A stretch of 64,000 nucleotides of DNA from an uncultured Porphyromonadaceae bacterium (GCA_947175645.1 CAMWNP010000002.1:96835-160834); one strand, 5' to 3'; counted from the first letter of the stretch, positions 8,943 to 17,878 are shown. The notes: generated from the sequence alone by a model not told the origin. Translations and numbers: made by a program.

Positions 8943-9073
8943 CTGCTCGCAAAATCACCACAACCGTAAGCAATGGGCTAAAAAAATGTAACTCACTATG
9001 GGTGTAGTGTATCTACGCACAGCGTAGGACTATGCCATGTGAGTTACAGGGTTGTGGTGACCCTTGCGAGCAG
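8943..9073. other. 131-nt three-tier nested inverted repeat (structured RNA or DNA element, function unknown)
   Basis: Hand-paired stems: P1 is 8943-8952/9064-9073 plus 8955-8965/9050-9060. P2 is 8987-9001/9035-9048 with a 1-nt bulge. P3 is 9013-9018/9022-9027. Confidence 0.5.
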
Positions 9074-9164
9074 GTGGCATCAGTCCTACGCATTTTTGCC
9101 TACGCAGAGCTGCTGCCATGCTGGCGCAAAATTAGGCAATAACACCAAACAACCCACAAGGCTA

Positions 9165-9584
9165 ATGAAACAATTTTTGAAAGTAACAGCAATGGCAGCC
9201 TGCCTGTTCCTCGGAGCTTGTGCCAGAACTCCCCAGCAGCAAGCGGAGGCACTTATTGAGGAGTATATGCAGAGCCATCTAAAAGACCCTGCCAGCTATG
9301 AGTGCATACACATGGGCAATCTCGGCAATGTAACGCCTATGAGTACGGCATTGGAACTAATAGAAAAGGGGTGTAAGGAGCATGGCTATCCCAACGATAG
9401 TATTAACCCCATGCTGGCACGTTTTAGAGCCATGAGAGAGCAGGAGGGCAAAGACCCTTACGAACTCCTCGGTTACACTCTTACGCTCAAGTATCGCGCC
9501 AAAAACTCCTTTGGAGGCAATGAGATACAAGAGAATGAGTTTATTTTCAATAAGGAGCTGACAACGATAGAGGCCGTAAAATAG
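9165..9584 (+). CDS. Lipoprotein (139 aa)
   Basis: The ATG at 9165 gives MKQFLKVTAMAACLFLGAC, a signal peptide with an L-G-A-C lipobox. Confidence 0.7.
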   Translation: MKQFLKVTAMAACLFLGACARTPQQQAEALIEEYMQSHLKDPASYECIHMGNLGNVTPMSTALELIEKGCKEHGYPNDSINPMLARFRAMREQEGKDPYELLGYTLTLKYRAKNSFGGNEIQENEFIFNKELTTIEAVK

Positions 9585-9661
9585 GCTTTCTTCCAAAAGT
9601 TAGGCACAACTTATGCAGGTGCGTGCGCGTTTTATGATTAACTTTGCAGAAAATTTCGCGC

Positions 9662-10300
9662 ATGAGCCAGCAAGATACTAAATACCTGTACTACAAAGGC
9701 GAGCGCACCAACCCTTTTGAGGAGATTAACGACAAGCAGGGGGCGTGGTGCGAGCGTTACAACGATACGGCCTCAATGCTGTGGTGTTTTGAATACCACT
9801 GGGCAAACGGCTGGGCAAAATACTCCCAGCTTGAGGAGCGTAACCCCAGCTATTATTTTGAGCTGCACAAAGAGCCTCAAAAGGAGTTTGGCAGCATACT
9901 GGAGGCATTACAGGTATTTGCATTGCACAGCTATTCGGGAGCCTTGAAAAACGGCTCAAAACGCTGGGTGCAGTATGTGTATGAGAATGGCATGGCAGAG
10001 CGTTTCTACAAGCCGCTGCACAACATTGTGCCAGCAACGGAGGTACCCAGTTATCTACACTGGTACCATGGGGAGGCTCAAGACCCCTATACGTTAGACA
10101 CTCGCGGCACTCGGAGCTTTTGGTGGGATTTTGAAAAGAACTGGTACACCACTACAGAGGAGCCGACACAAAAAACATGGGAGGAGCATTTGCATAACTG
10201 GTTCGTGCGTTGTGTGGATAAGCAGTGGGCAGCAATACCCGAAAAAGAGCAGGAGCGGCTGCTGGCAGCCTACAAAGCTGGAGAGAGGTTACAAGATTAA
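9662..10300 (+). CDS. Hypothetical Trp-rich protein (212 aa from the ATG; the track ORF starts at a TTG at 9644)
   Basis: ATG at 9662. Its stop overlaps the convergent stop of the MuF gene at 10297..10300. Confidence 0.55.
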   Translation: MSQQDTKYLYYKGERTNPFEEINDKQGAWCERYNDTASMLWCFEYHWANGWAKYSQLEERNPSYYFELHKEPQKEFGSILEALQVFALHSYSGALKNGSKRWVQYVYENGMAERFYKPLHNIVPATEVPSYLHWYHGEAQDPYTLDTRGTRSFWWDFEKNWYTTTEEPTQKTWEEHLHNWFVRCVDKQWAAIPEKEQERLLAAYKAGERLQD

Positions 10301-13300
10301 ACTATCTCCTCCAACTCAATACACCAATCGCCAACTTTACCCAGCCCTCGCGTTTTACACTGGTACGGAGCTTTAAGCAATCTAAATTTACTGCCAGCTC
10401 TAAATGTAATCTCACTCTCGCCACCCCCAAAATAACCTACTTTGTGTATATCTACGCCAGTTTTGCCGTAGATTTTCATTATTACACGCTGCCCTTTGGA
10501 GGCATGAACTATGCCGTCAGCGAAATGGTCGGCGGTATGTATGCTTGTTGTAGAGCTGGTGGGTGCAACCATTTGCCATGTCTTATCCTTGCTGTGCCAT
10601 GCCTGCATAATACTCTCCCAAAAGGCATCTTTTGCAGGGTTGGCAATAGCATCGGGGTATATGTTTAGACCTCGGTATGTTACGCCGTTATAGCGTGGCA
10701 TACTCTCAATGGCCTTATTGATGGCAGCCTTGAAATTGGCAAGCAACTGCTCAACATCAGCCTTAACGGCAGCATCAGTAATGAGGCTAACCTTACTTGC
10801 TCCATACAGGTAATCGCATATAAAGTTGGAGCTTTGAGTAAAGTTTGTTATCAGCGACAGCTCGCGTGCGCTCACATTACCACCCATGGCCTTAATCTCC
10901 TTTGCAAGTTGCTCACAGGCCGCTTTTCTACCAAACCAGTTTTCACCGCCAATCTTTTTACTCCAAATACCCCATGGCTCACTGGGAGCTGTAGGATTTA
11001 CAGGAGTATGGCTAAAATACTCCTTAATGGCCTTTTGTACCTGTGCCTCGGTAAGCCCATCTACATTTGCCAGCGTTGGCTGGAGGCTCGCATAACGCTC
11101 TCCTAATTGCGCAGTAAAGTCTGCCAGCCGTTGCATGGCAGAAATAACATTATAGTCGCGCTCATTGCCACTGGCCGCTGTAAGAGCTTTTTCATACTCA
11201 AACACCAGCTTATCCCTCTGTGCCTTGTCAGCGGCGGTATAGAATTGCTCAATATCGTAACCACCACCGCCTTTCTTGCGGAGCCGCGCCAGCCTCTCCT
11301 TGGTAAGCCTATCTACCTCTTTTTGCACCTCGGCCAGCTTGGTTTTTATAGCAGCCTCATTTGGGTGTGCCGCGCCAGTAAGGTTTTGCAGCTCCATTAC
11401 AAGGTTCTTAACCTTTGCGCTCTTGGTCGTTTGAGCAAACACCACCACTGCATCTATATCGGGCTGTATGGCATTGAGGGCAATTTTGGCCTTGTACTGC
11501 TCCTCCAGCTTTTCAAAATACTCAATAAACTTGCCTGTGGTAGGGTATTTTGTGGGGTTGAGCTTGGCATAATATAGTTCCTTTTGAATAACCTTTTGCA
11601 GGAACAGCTCATCGGTGGAGTAAATGCTACTCTTGGCCATGTGTTTGCTCCAGTTGGCCATAAAGGTTTTTGCATCCACCTCTCCAAACTCATTAACCAA
11701 TCCCCACATTGTAGGTTGCTCGGCATACTCGGCCACTGCAATCTTTTTGGCTGCTGCCATTTCCTTTGCCAGCTTTTTAGTGGCGGCCTGTATCTCGGAG
11801 GCAGTGCCATTAGCCACCACGCTCTCCAGTGCTGCGGTATCAATGCCCAGCAGGTCATAATGTCCCTTGCTGGCAGCTCCCAGTACGTTGTTGGCCACCT
11901 TAACCGCTTTGTTGTATGCTGCCACCTCGGCCTTGGCTTGAGCCTTGGCCGCCACAACCTCCTTAACAAAGTTGCTGCCATCATCTGTTAGCTCCAAATG
12001 GTAGTGCGTTACCTGCGTGGCCTTTCCTCCTCGCACAAGGGTTTTAACCTCGGTGCTTACGACCTTGAATTTGGTATTGGGGAGGAGCATGGCAGTAGGC
12101 TCTCCATTTGCCATGGTTTGCAGGTATCGGCTGCCCTTTGGCAAATCAAGTATGCACACTGCGCCACTATCAGCCCCGACAAGGCCATTTTCAAGCGCAG
12201 CAGAGCAAAGTTTGCTGTAATTCGTGCCAACATACCTGCTGGCCGTAAAAGTGGCTGTATCGCCACTTATCGCAGCCTCCAGCGTTTGCTTATCGAGAGC
12301 CACCATGAATTTGCCATTAGTCTTGGTTGCAAACTTGGCCTGTGTTGCAATATGCTCCATCTCTGCAAGCTGTTCGGGAGTGCAGTATTGTGCCAGTAAG
12401 TTGTTGCCCTTGGCAGCCTCGGCCAGTAGGTTTGCAAGCTCGCTGGGGTCTGTGAGCTTTGCCAGTTCCTCAAACTGCACACCGTTTGGAGTTACGGCAG
12501 TAGATAGAGGAAAGCCACCAGCCTTGCCAGCCTCTACAAAGTTGCTGGCCTCGGCAAACTCCTTGGCTGTGGCAGTTTGCATTTTGGTAAACTCATTAAG
12601 GTCTATCTCGGCTTTACCCATGAGCTTGCCAAAATTGGCCAGCCCAGCCTCATTTTTGTACTCATCAACCCACCGAAAGCCTTTGGCAATATTGCCGCCT
12701 TTGTAGTTCTCACGGATAAAGTATGGGAGGCTTTGAGCTGCCTGTATGCGCTCGGAGTTCTCGGCTATCCAGTTTGTAAACTGGGGCGGCATATCTGTAA
12801 CCATGCCAGCAGGTGCAAAGCCCTCGGTGTCCTCGCCTCGGAGTATTTGCCCTGTCAGCTCCTCCAGTTCCTCATCACTGCAAAGGAGGGGTACAATGTA
12901 GCAATAGCAGTGAGGGTGCCAACCCTCAAACATAAACTCTTTGGGATAGGTGCCAGCTAAATCATCGCAAATGTCACGGCAGGGGTGGTTTTTGCTCATT
13001 TTGACCTCAAACCCACATACAAAATTGAGCTGTTGCCAGCGAGTAATATCCGCATGGCGGTAGGCCATATTTGTTTCTGTGCGAGTGAGGCGCATGGCGT
13101 TTTTGTAGCTGCTCCTGTAAACACCTGTGCCAGTATGGTAATCCTTGGGGTTTGCATCAACCCAGTAAAAGCTGTCGGTGTCCTTGTCGTAGCACCTACG
13201 TTTCCACTTGCGGCCATAAATGGGGTTGCCCTCTGCATCCTCGCCCTTTTTGTAGCGAAAGCGGCGAAATAAATCATCGGGGTTTTGCAGGTACTCCCTT

Positions 13301-13806
13301 ACCTGCCTGCTCAAGGTGTCGGCACTCATGCCTTGCCCCAGCCCCAAATCCAGCGCAGCCTCAAGGTCGGTGCGAGCTTGCCCCACATAACGCCACACGC
13401 GCTGTGAGAGGTCAAGCCCTGCATCCTGCCTTGAGAGGAATGCCTGCATGGCCTGTTTGTTGCGCTGGAAAAACCGCGCATAATGGTTATCCTCAATACT
13501 GGCCTTGCCAAACAACCCCTTAACCAGTTTGTCGGTGGTGTCATTGGCATAGTTCCATTCTCTCACAATGTTGCCACGGATAGAGCGGTACACCTCCGCA
13601 TAAAGCTGGCGCAGCTTTTTATCTACCTTGGGGGCTATATCGTAATCGGCAAAAGCAAATGGTTTGCCCTCCTCCAGCTCCAGCCCCTCACACATGGCCA
13701 CAATCTCGCCAATACGTTTTTGGAACGTATCGCGCACGGCAAGCGCATACCACTCTGTGCGCTTGCCCAGTTTGCTGTAAACCTCTTTCCAGTTAATGTT
13801 TGCCAT
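10297..13806 (-). CDS. MuF / SPP1 gp7-like head morphogenesis protein with a C-terminal ADP-ribosyltransferase-like domain (1,169 aa)
   Basis: MuF signature NHPCRDICDD...GWHPHCYCY around residues 273-303. The C-terminus has an R-S-E triad: TYRG (R at 10672..10674), SSTTS, and GGGESE (ESE at 10411..10419). The gene follows the portal gene. Confidence 0.75.
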   Translation of the reverse strand: MANINWKEVYSKLGKRTEWYALAVRDTFQKRIGEIVAMCEGLELEEGKPFAFADYDIAPKVDKKLRQLYAEVYRSIRGNIVREWNYANDTTDKLVKGLFGKASIEDNHYARFFQRNKQAMQAFLSRQDAGLDLSQRVWRYVGQARTDLEAALDLGLGQGMSADTLSRQVREYLQNPDDLFRRFRYKKGEDAEGNPIYGRKWKRRCYDKDTDSFYWVDANPKDYHTGTGVYRSSYKNAMRLTRTETNMAYRHADITRWQQLNFVCGFEVKMSKNHPCRDICDDLAGTYPKEFMFEGWHPHCYCYIVPLLCSDEELEELTGQILRGEDTEGFAPAGMVTDMPPQFTNWIAENSERIQAAQSLPYFIRENYKGGNIAKGFRWVDEYKNEAGLANFGKLMGKAEIDLNEFTKMQTATAKEFAEASNFVEAGKAGGFPLSTAVTPNGVQFEELAKLTDPSELANLLAEAAKGNNLLAQYCTPEQLAEMEHIATQAKFATKTNGKFMVALDKQTLEAAISGDTATFTASRYVGTNYSKLCSAALENGLVGADSGAVCILDLPKGSRYLQTMANGEPTAMLLPNTKFKVVSTEVKTLVRGGKATQVTHYHLELTDDGSNFVKEVVAAKAQAKAEVAAYNKAVKVANNVLGAASKGHYDLLGIDTAALESVVANGTASEIQAATKKLAKEMAAAKKIAVAEYAEQPTMWGLVNEFGEVDAKTFMANWSKHMAKSSIYSTDELFLQKVIQKELYYAKLNPTKYPTTGKFIEYFEKLEEQYKAKIALNAIQPDIDAVVVFAQTTKSAKVKNLVMELQNLTGAAHPNEAAIKTKLAEVQKEVDRLTKERLARLRKKGGGGYDIEQFYTAADKAQRDKLVFEYEKALTAASGNERDYNVISAMQRLADFTAQLGERYASLQPTLANVDGLTEAQVQKAIKEYFSHTPVNPTAPSEPWGIWSKKIGGENWFGRKAACEQLAKEIKAMGGNVSARELSLITNFTQSSNFICDYLYGASKVSLITDAAVKADVEQLLANFKAAINKAIESMPRYNGVTYRGLNIYPDAIANPAKDAFWESIMQAWHSKDKTWQMVAPTSSTTSIHTADHFADGIVHASKGQRVIMKIYGKTGVDIHKVGYFGGGESEITFRAGSKFRLLKAPYQCKTRGLGKVGDWCIELEEIV

Positions 13807-13858
13807 AGGGTTTTATTTATAAATAGTGGGGCTGGTTGGAAAATGTGTGAAAACGCGG

Positions 13859-15280
13859 TTACTGGTAGTTAAAAACATTGTTTTTGGCTGTCTCCTCCTC
13901 TTTGGCTTCTTTCTCGGCCTGCTCATTAGAAATGCGCTCTTTTTCACGCTGTTTGTCGCGCACAAGGGGGTTAAGCTCTATAAATGTTTCATTACTCATG
14001 CCACCTGCATTTTTAGTCTTGACAGCATTGGAAATTGCTTCCTCAATATCCTCCCCAAACGGCTCTTGGTACTCATGTTGCACCAGTAACTGCTCAAGCT
14101 GGGCACGCATGGGAATATTGAGTACCTTGGAGAGTATGGCAATAATGAGGTTGGCAATGCGCATAAGATACTCATCGTGTGACTCTTTACGCATGGAGGC
14201 TTTAATGTCTGCCAACACCATCATTTGCTTGAGAGCCTTGGCTGATACGTTAGTAAGGCGGCTCATGCTCTCAAAATCAATATTGGGGGTAAAGGTTTCA
14301 CGAAATATGTGCCGTTCATTATCATCGCTCTCTTGCTTTTTAAGCTCGCTGGCGGTGTCGGGTGTGAGGTAGCGCAGCTCTCCCTTTTCGCCCAGCACAT
14401 AGAGCTTATTTTCGGTGTCCTTGTCGGGCAGAGAATTAACCACATCAACGGTGGCCACAAGAGCTGGGTCGGCCATGTAGTCGTTTACATCGGCTGTACG
14501 GCTCTTAACGTATTCCTGTCGCTCAATGAGGTGGTTGGCACCATCCCACTCTGTTTCCTGCTCAAGGAGTATTACAGGCTTTTTGCCACAGAAATTAACC
14601 TCTCGCTCCACCTGCCAGCCAAAATTTTTACGCTTGCAGTGGTATGTGTAGTTATCAGTGAAAACATCCACATAATAGGCTGTAGTATTGCCACGCTCAC
14701 GCATATAATACCCACGCGCAAAATACAGGAGGCGGTCTACATGGTCTTTTATGTAGTATAAATCATCGCCCAGCGATTTAGCCAGCACCTTTATAAGGCA
14801 GTCGGCTTTACCATCGCTATTTTGGTAGCAATGGAACAGCAGCGCACTCTTGGTCTCGGCACCAGCCAAACGCTTTGCCTGCCTAATGCGAGCGTTAAAA
14901 TGAGTGGTACGGATAAAGTCGGTAAATGCTTTGTACGCAGCATCTGTGTTTTGGCTACTCTGCACCCATTGCACAGGACGGCCATAAATAAACACAACGG
15001 CCATTTCGTTTATGTACTTGGCATAAGAGAGAGGAAGCCGCCAGCGTTTAACCCATCCCTTGAAATTGCCATCTTTATCATAAATAGGCTTATCCATGCG
15101 CTGCATTATGGGGTGCTGCTCCAAATTGTACTGCTTTAGAGCCTCAAGCTGCTTGGGGTTGTCGCAGGTCATAAGAGCAAGCGCATCGCCTATGTTGTGA
15201 GCCTCCAGCAGCTCCTCAAACGACTGCTGGTAGCCGACAGCCGTTTTTAATTTGCTTTGAACGTAATTAAAAAAACTCAT
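13859..15280 (-). CDS. Portal protein (473 aa)
   Basis: Size and position between the large terminase and MuF genes. Confidence 0.75.
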   Translation of the reverse strand: MSFFNYVQSKLKTAVGYQQSFEELLEAHNIGDALALMTCDNPKQLEALKQYNLEQHPIMQRMDKPIYDKDGNFKGWVKRWRLPLSYAKYINEMAVVFIYGRPVQWVQSSQNTDAAYKAFTDFIRTTHFNARIRQAKRLAGAETKSALLFHCYQNSDGKADCLIKVLAKSLGDDLYYIKDHVDRLLYFARGYYMRERGNTTAYYVDVFTDNYTYHCKRKNFGWQVEREVNFCGKKPVILLEQETEWDGANHLIERQEYVKSRTADVNDYMADPALVATVDVVNSLPDKDTENKLYVLGEKGELRYLTPDTASELKKQESDDNERHIFRETFTPNIDFESMSRLTNVSAKALKQMMVLADIKASMRKESHDEYLMRIANLIIAILSKVLNIPMRAQLEQLLVQHEYQEPFGEDIEEAISNAVKTKNAGGMSNETFIELNPLVRDKQREKERISNEQAEKEAKEEETAKNNVFNYQ

Positions 15281-15299
15281 ATCGTGTTACTTTTATGTG

Positions 15300-16829
15300 C
15301 TACAATAAGCCTGCAAAGCTGCCTTTGGTTATGCCCTCGGGCAGCTCTCTCGGCGCAATAAGGAAATACTCAATGGCGTAGTAGAGCAAATCCACAAACT
15401 CATCATGTGTTTGTGTGGGGAACCCTGCAATCTCCTCCACAAAGTCCTCATTCCATTCGCCCTCTACCAGCACCACGCGGCCACACTCAACCTTTGGGCT
15501 ACAGGTACACAGGCGCACACCCTTGCTGTCTATTGGCGTGGGTGTCTTGGTAACATTGAGGTCAGTGCTAACCTTGAGCTGCTGCACCACACTTATGCCG
15601 TTGGCCTTGGGTTCTATGCGCAGTGTACTGGTGCGCTTGTTAAAGCCCCATGCCTTGCAGTATTCGGGCAGGAACGCAATGAGGTCGGGGAATGTTTTCC
15701 ACACCTTTTTGGCATGGAGTATGTAAAGCTGCTGGCCAATTTTGCAGGCGGCCAGTATGCCGCTGGGGTCATTATCGCCCTTGCGGTGTTTCTCATCAAA
15801 AGCAGTGTCAAGGAAGAAATGCACTGTGGCATTGCCACGCATGGCCTCAAACTGGGCACGGCTAATGTACTGGAACCACTTTTTCTGTATAATGTTACCC
15901 TCCTCGCTGGCAGGTCTCTGCTCATACTGGCCTGCATAACCTCGTGTGCCCAAATCAATGCGAGCCTCGGCCAATACCTCTGCATCAAGGCGCACAGGGT
16001 CAAGGAGGCCGTTAATGTATCGGTCGCGCAGCACCACTGGGGTTACGTTGGGGGAAAGCTCGGCAGGGAGGCAAATGTGCCTTATCTTGTCGGCTTTCTT
16101 TTTGAGCAGGTAGCCTGTTACATCCTCCTCATGGAGCCGCTGCATAATGGTTATGGTGGGGGTGTTCTTTTTGTTTACCTTTCGTGTGGAGAGCGTTTTG
16201 GTAAACTCCACTGCCTGCTGCCTCAATGGCTCACTCTCTGCCTGTTTAGGGTTTTGGGGGTCATCGTTTATTATGAGGTGGGCGTGTTTACCAGTAACAG
16301 CGGACCCTGTACTGGTTACATACCTATCTCCTCCAGCCGTGTTGCCATAAAAGCCCTTACCGCTCTTGTCCCTACGCATAACCACTTCGGGGAACAGCCG
16401 CCTGTATTTCTCGCTGGTAATAATATCCTTACTCTTGGAGGCGTGGTCAATGCTCACATCGCTGGAGTAGGAGCTGGAGATAATGCGCAGGCTTGCATCT
16501 TGAGTCCATAGCCATGCTGGGAACATAATGGTTACAATAGTGCTTTTGGTAGTTCCTGGCGGTATGTTGATAAGGAGGTCATAAGGTTTTGGCTGGCGGC
16601 CTACAATGTAGGTGGCCAGCTCTTGCAGCTCATCGCACAGGTACTTTATGTGCCAGTTAAATACTGGTTCTTCGGGTATAATAACAGCCCAAAAAGTTTC
16701 TACAAACCTGTAAAAACTTTTCCTGCACATGAGAGCCTGCACTTTATCCAGCAGCTCATCAGTAAGCTCTATGTTACTGGGCTTTTTTGTCACGTTTAGC
16801 AGCAATGGCGTAGAGGGTTGCCAGCTCAT
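15300..16829 (-). CDS. terL: Terminase large subunit (509 aa)
   Basis: Walker A-like PPGTTKST and Walker B-like HLIINDDP, with a C-terminal nuclease-like half. Its start overlaps the end of TerS. Confidence 0.85.
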   Translation of the reverse strand: MSWQPSTPLLLNVTKKPSNIELTDELLDKVQALMCRKSFYRFVETFWAVIIPEEPVFNWHIKYLCDELQELATYIVGRQPKPYDLLINIPPGTTKSTIVTIMFPAWLWTQDASLRIISSSYSSDVSIDHASKSKDIITSEKYRRLFPEVVMRRDKSGKGFYGNTAGGDRYVTSTGSAVTGKHAHLIINDDPQNPKQAESEPLRQQAVEFTKTLSTRKVNKKNTPTITIMQRLHEEDVTGYLLKKKADKIRHICLPAELSPNVTPVVLRDRYINGLLDPVRLDAEVLAEARIDLGTRGYAGQYEQRPASEEGNIIQKKWFQYISRAQFEAMRGNATVHFFLDTAFDEKHRKGDNDPSGILAACKIGQQLYILHAKKVWKTFPDLIAFLPEYCKAWGFNKRTSTLRIEPKANGISVVQQLKVSTDLNVTKTPTPIDSKGVRLCTCSPKVECGRVVLVEGEWNEDFVEEIAGFPTQTHDEFVDLLYYAIEYFLIAPRELPEGITKGSFAGLL

Positions 16830-17454
16830 CCTCTGTAAGCTCCTCTACGGTTATGGTGGTGTTGGTTGTTGGTGGGTTAAGAGGCTGGCCGTTGGCACCA
16901 GTAACCTCTTTGCGGTCGGGAGCATACAGCCCCAGCAGCTTTGCGCGGTACTCCAGCAGCTTGCGTATCTCGGAAATGTAGCCTACATGGCCGTAGTTGG
17001 TTACATTCTCGCGGCTCTGTATCTGCTTTATGTACGGGGAGGGTATTTTGCGCTTGCCCTTGAGCTGGCCATCCTCGCCCTCGGAGGCTGGCACCTCAAA
17101 ATGGCCGCGCTCTTGCCGCTGCCTTACCTGCTCAAAATCTGTCTTGGATTTCTCCCATGCCTCATACAGCTCTGCAATGAGCATATCGACACGCGCCACC
17201 TCAAGCTGCACCCACTCCTCGGTGTTTTGGTTGTTATCCTCTCTCCATTGCTGGAGCAGCAGCTTGAGGTCGCTGTGTATGGTAAATGTGCTTACCTTTT
17301 TGGGGAGCTGGAGGCGAGCCGTTACTGCCTCCGCTATTTGGCGCACACTCTTACCCTGTAGGCGTAGCTCGGACACGATTTGCAGGCGTGCCTCGCGTAT
17401 CTGCCTACGCTTTTGGGTAGAGCGTTTGTTTATTTCTGTTCCGTCTAATGGCAT
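16774..17454 (-). CDS. terS: Terminase small subunit (226 aa)
   Basis: N-terminal HTH-like LRLQGKSVRQIAEAV. It lies immediately upstream of TerL and overlaps it. Confidence 0.6.
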   Translation of the reverse strand: MPLDGTEINKRSTQKRRQIREARLQIVSELRLQGKSVRQIAEAVTARLQLPKKVSTFTIHSDLKLLLQQWREDNNQNTEEWVQLEVARVDMLIAELYEAWEKSKTDFEQVRQRQERGHFEVPASEGEDGQLKGKRKIPSPYIKQIQSRENVTNYGHVGYISEIRKLLEYRAKLLGLYAPDRKEVTGANGQPLNPPTTNTTITVEELTEDELATLYAIAAKRDKKAQ

Positions 17455-17467
17455 ATCCTGTGAGGGG

Positions 17468-17878
17468 TTAATGGTTAATAGCCTTAATGAGCTTGCGCAG
17501 GGGCTTGGCTAAATATGAGAGCAACCCCTGCCAGCGTATGCGCAAAAGCCTGTAGTGGGCAATAATGCTGTGTTCCTTGCTCTGCTCATTGGGCTGGGGG
17601 TTAAACCTTGAGAGGAGCGAAAGGAAATGCTGGTACTTATCGCCGTTGCAGCTTGCCAGCTCAATGTAAGTGCGGCCATGTTCGGGGAATGTATGCACGG
17701 CCAAATGGCTCTCTGCCAGCAACCACAGGCAAGTGTAGCCTTGAGGCTGGAAATGATGCTCTACAACCTCCAGCACGTTAAAGCCACACAGGGAGAGCAT
17801 GGTGTCAAACAGGTGGCGCAGGTCACTCGGTTGTGTCGTTGTTATCCATGCCGAATGCTGCCAAATCTTCGCTTGCAT
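17468..17878 (-). CDS. S-adenosylmethionine decarboxylase-like (class 1 SpeD/SpeH, pyruvoyl) protein (about 136 aa)
   Basis: HHFQPQGYTCLWLLAESHLAVHTFPEHGRTYIELASC matches the AdoMetDC core (xxESH(L/I)xIHTWPE...D.F.C), including the Glu-Ser self-cleavage site. The start was chosen at the ATG at 17878; an alternative ATG is at 17800. Confidence 0.7.
   Translation of the reverse strand: MQAKIWQHSAWITTTQPSDLRHLFDTMLSLCGFNVLEVVEHHFQPQGYTCLWLLAESHLAVHTFPEHGRTYIELASCNGDKYQHFLSLLSRFNPQPNEQSKEHSIIAHYRLLRIRWQGLLSYLAKPLRKLIKAINH

Noticed and set aside
9039-9164. GTG-initiated N-terminal extension of the lipoprotein ORF
   Set aside because: The extension runs through the nested inverted repeat and reads as non-coding. 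The ATG at 9165 gives a textbook lipoprotein signal peptide.
10297-10300. Overlapping convergent stop codons (TTAA) of the MuF gene and the plus-strand 212-aa gene
   Set aside because: The overlap is real but is a trivial consequence of tight packing. No hairpin or regulatory feature is evident there.
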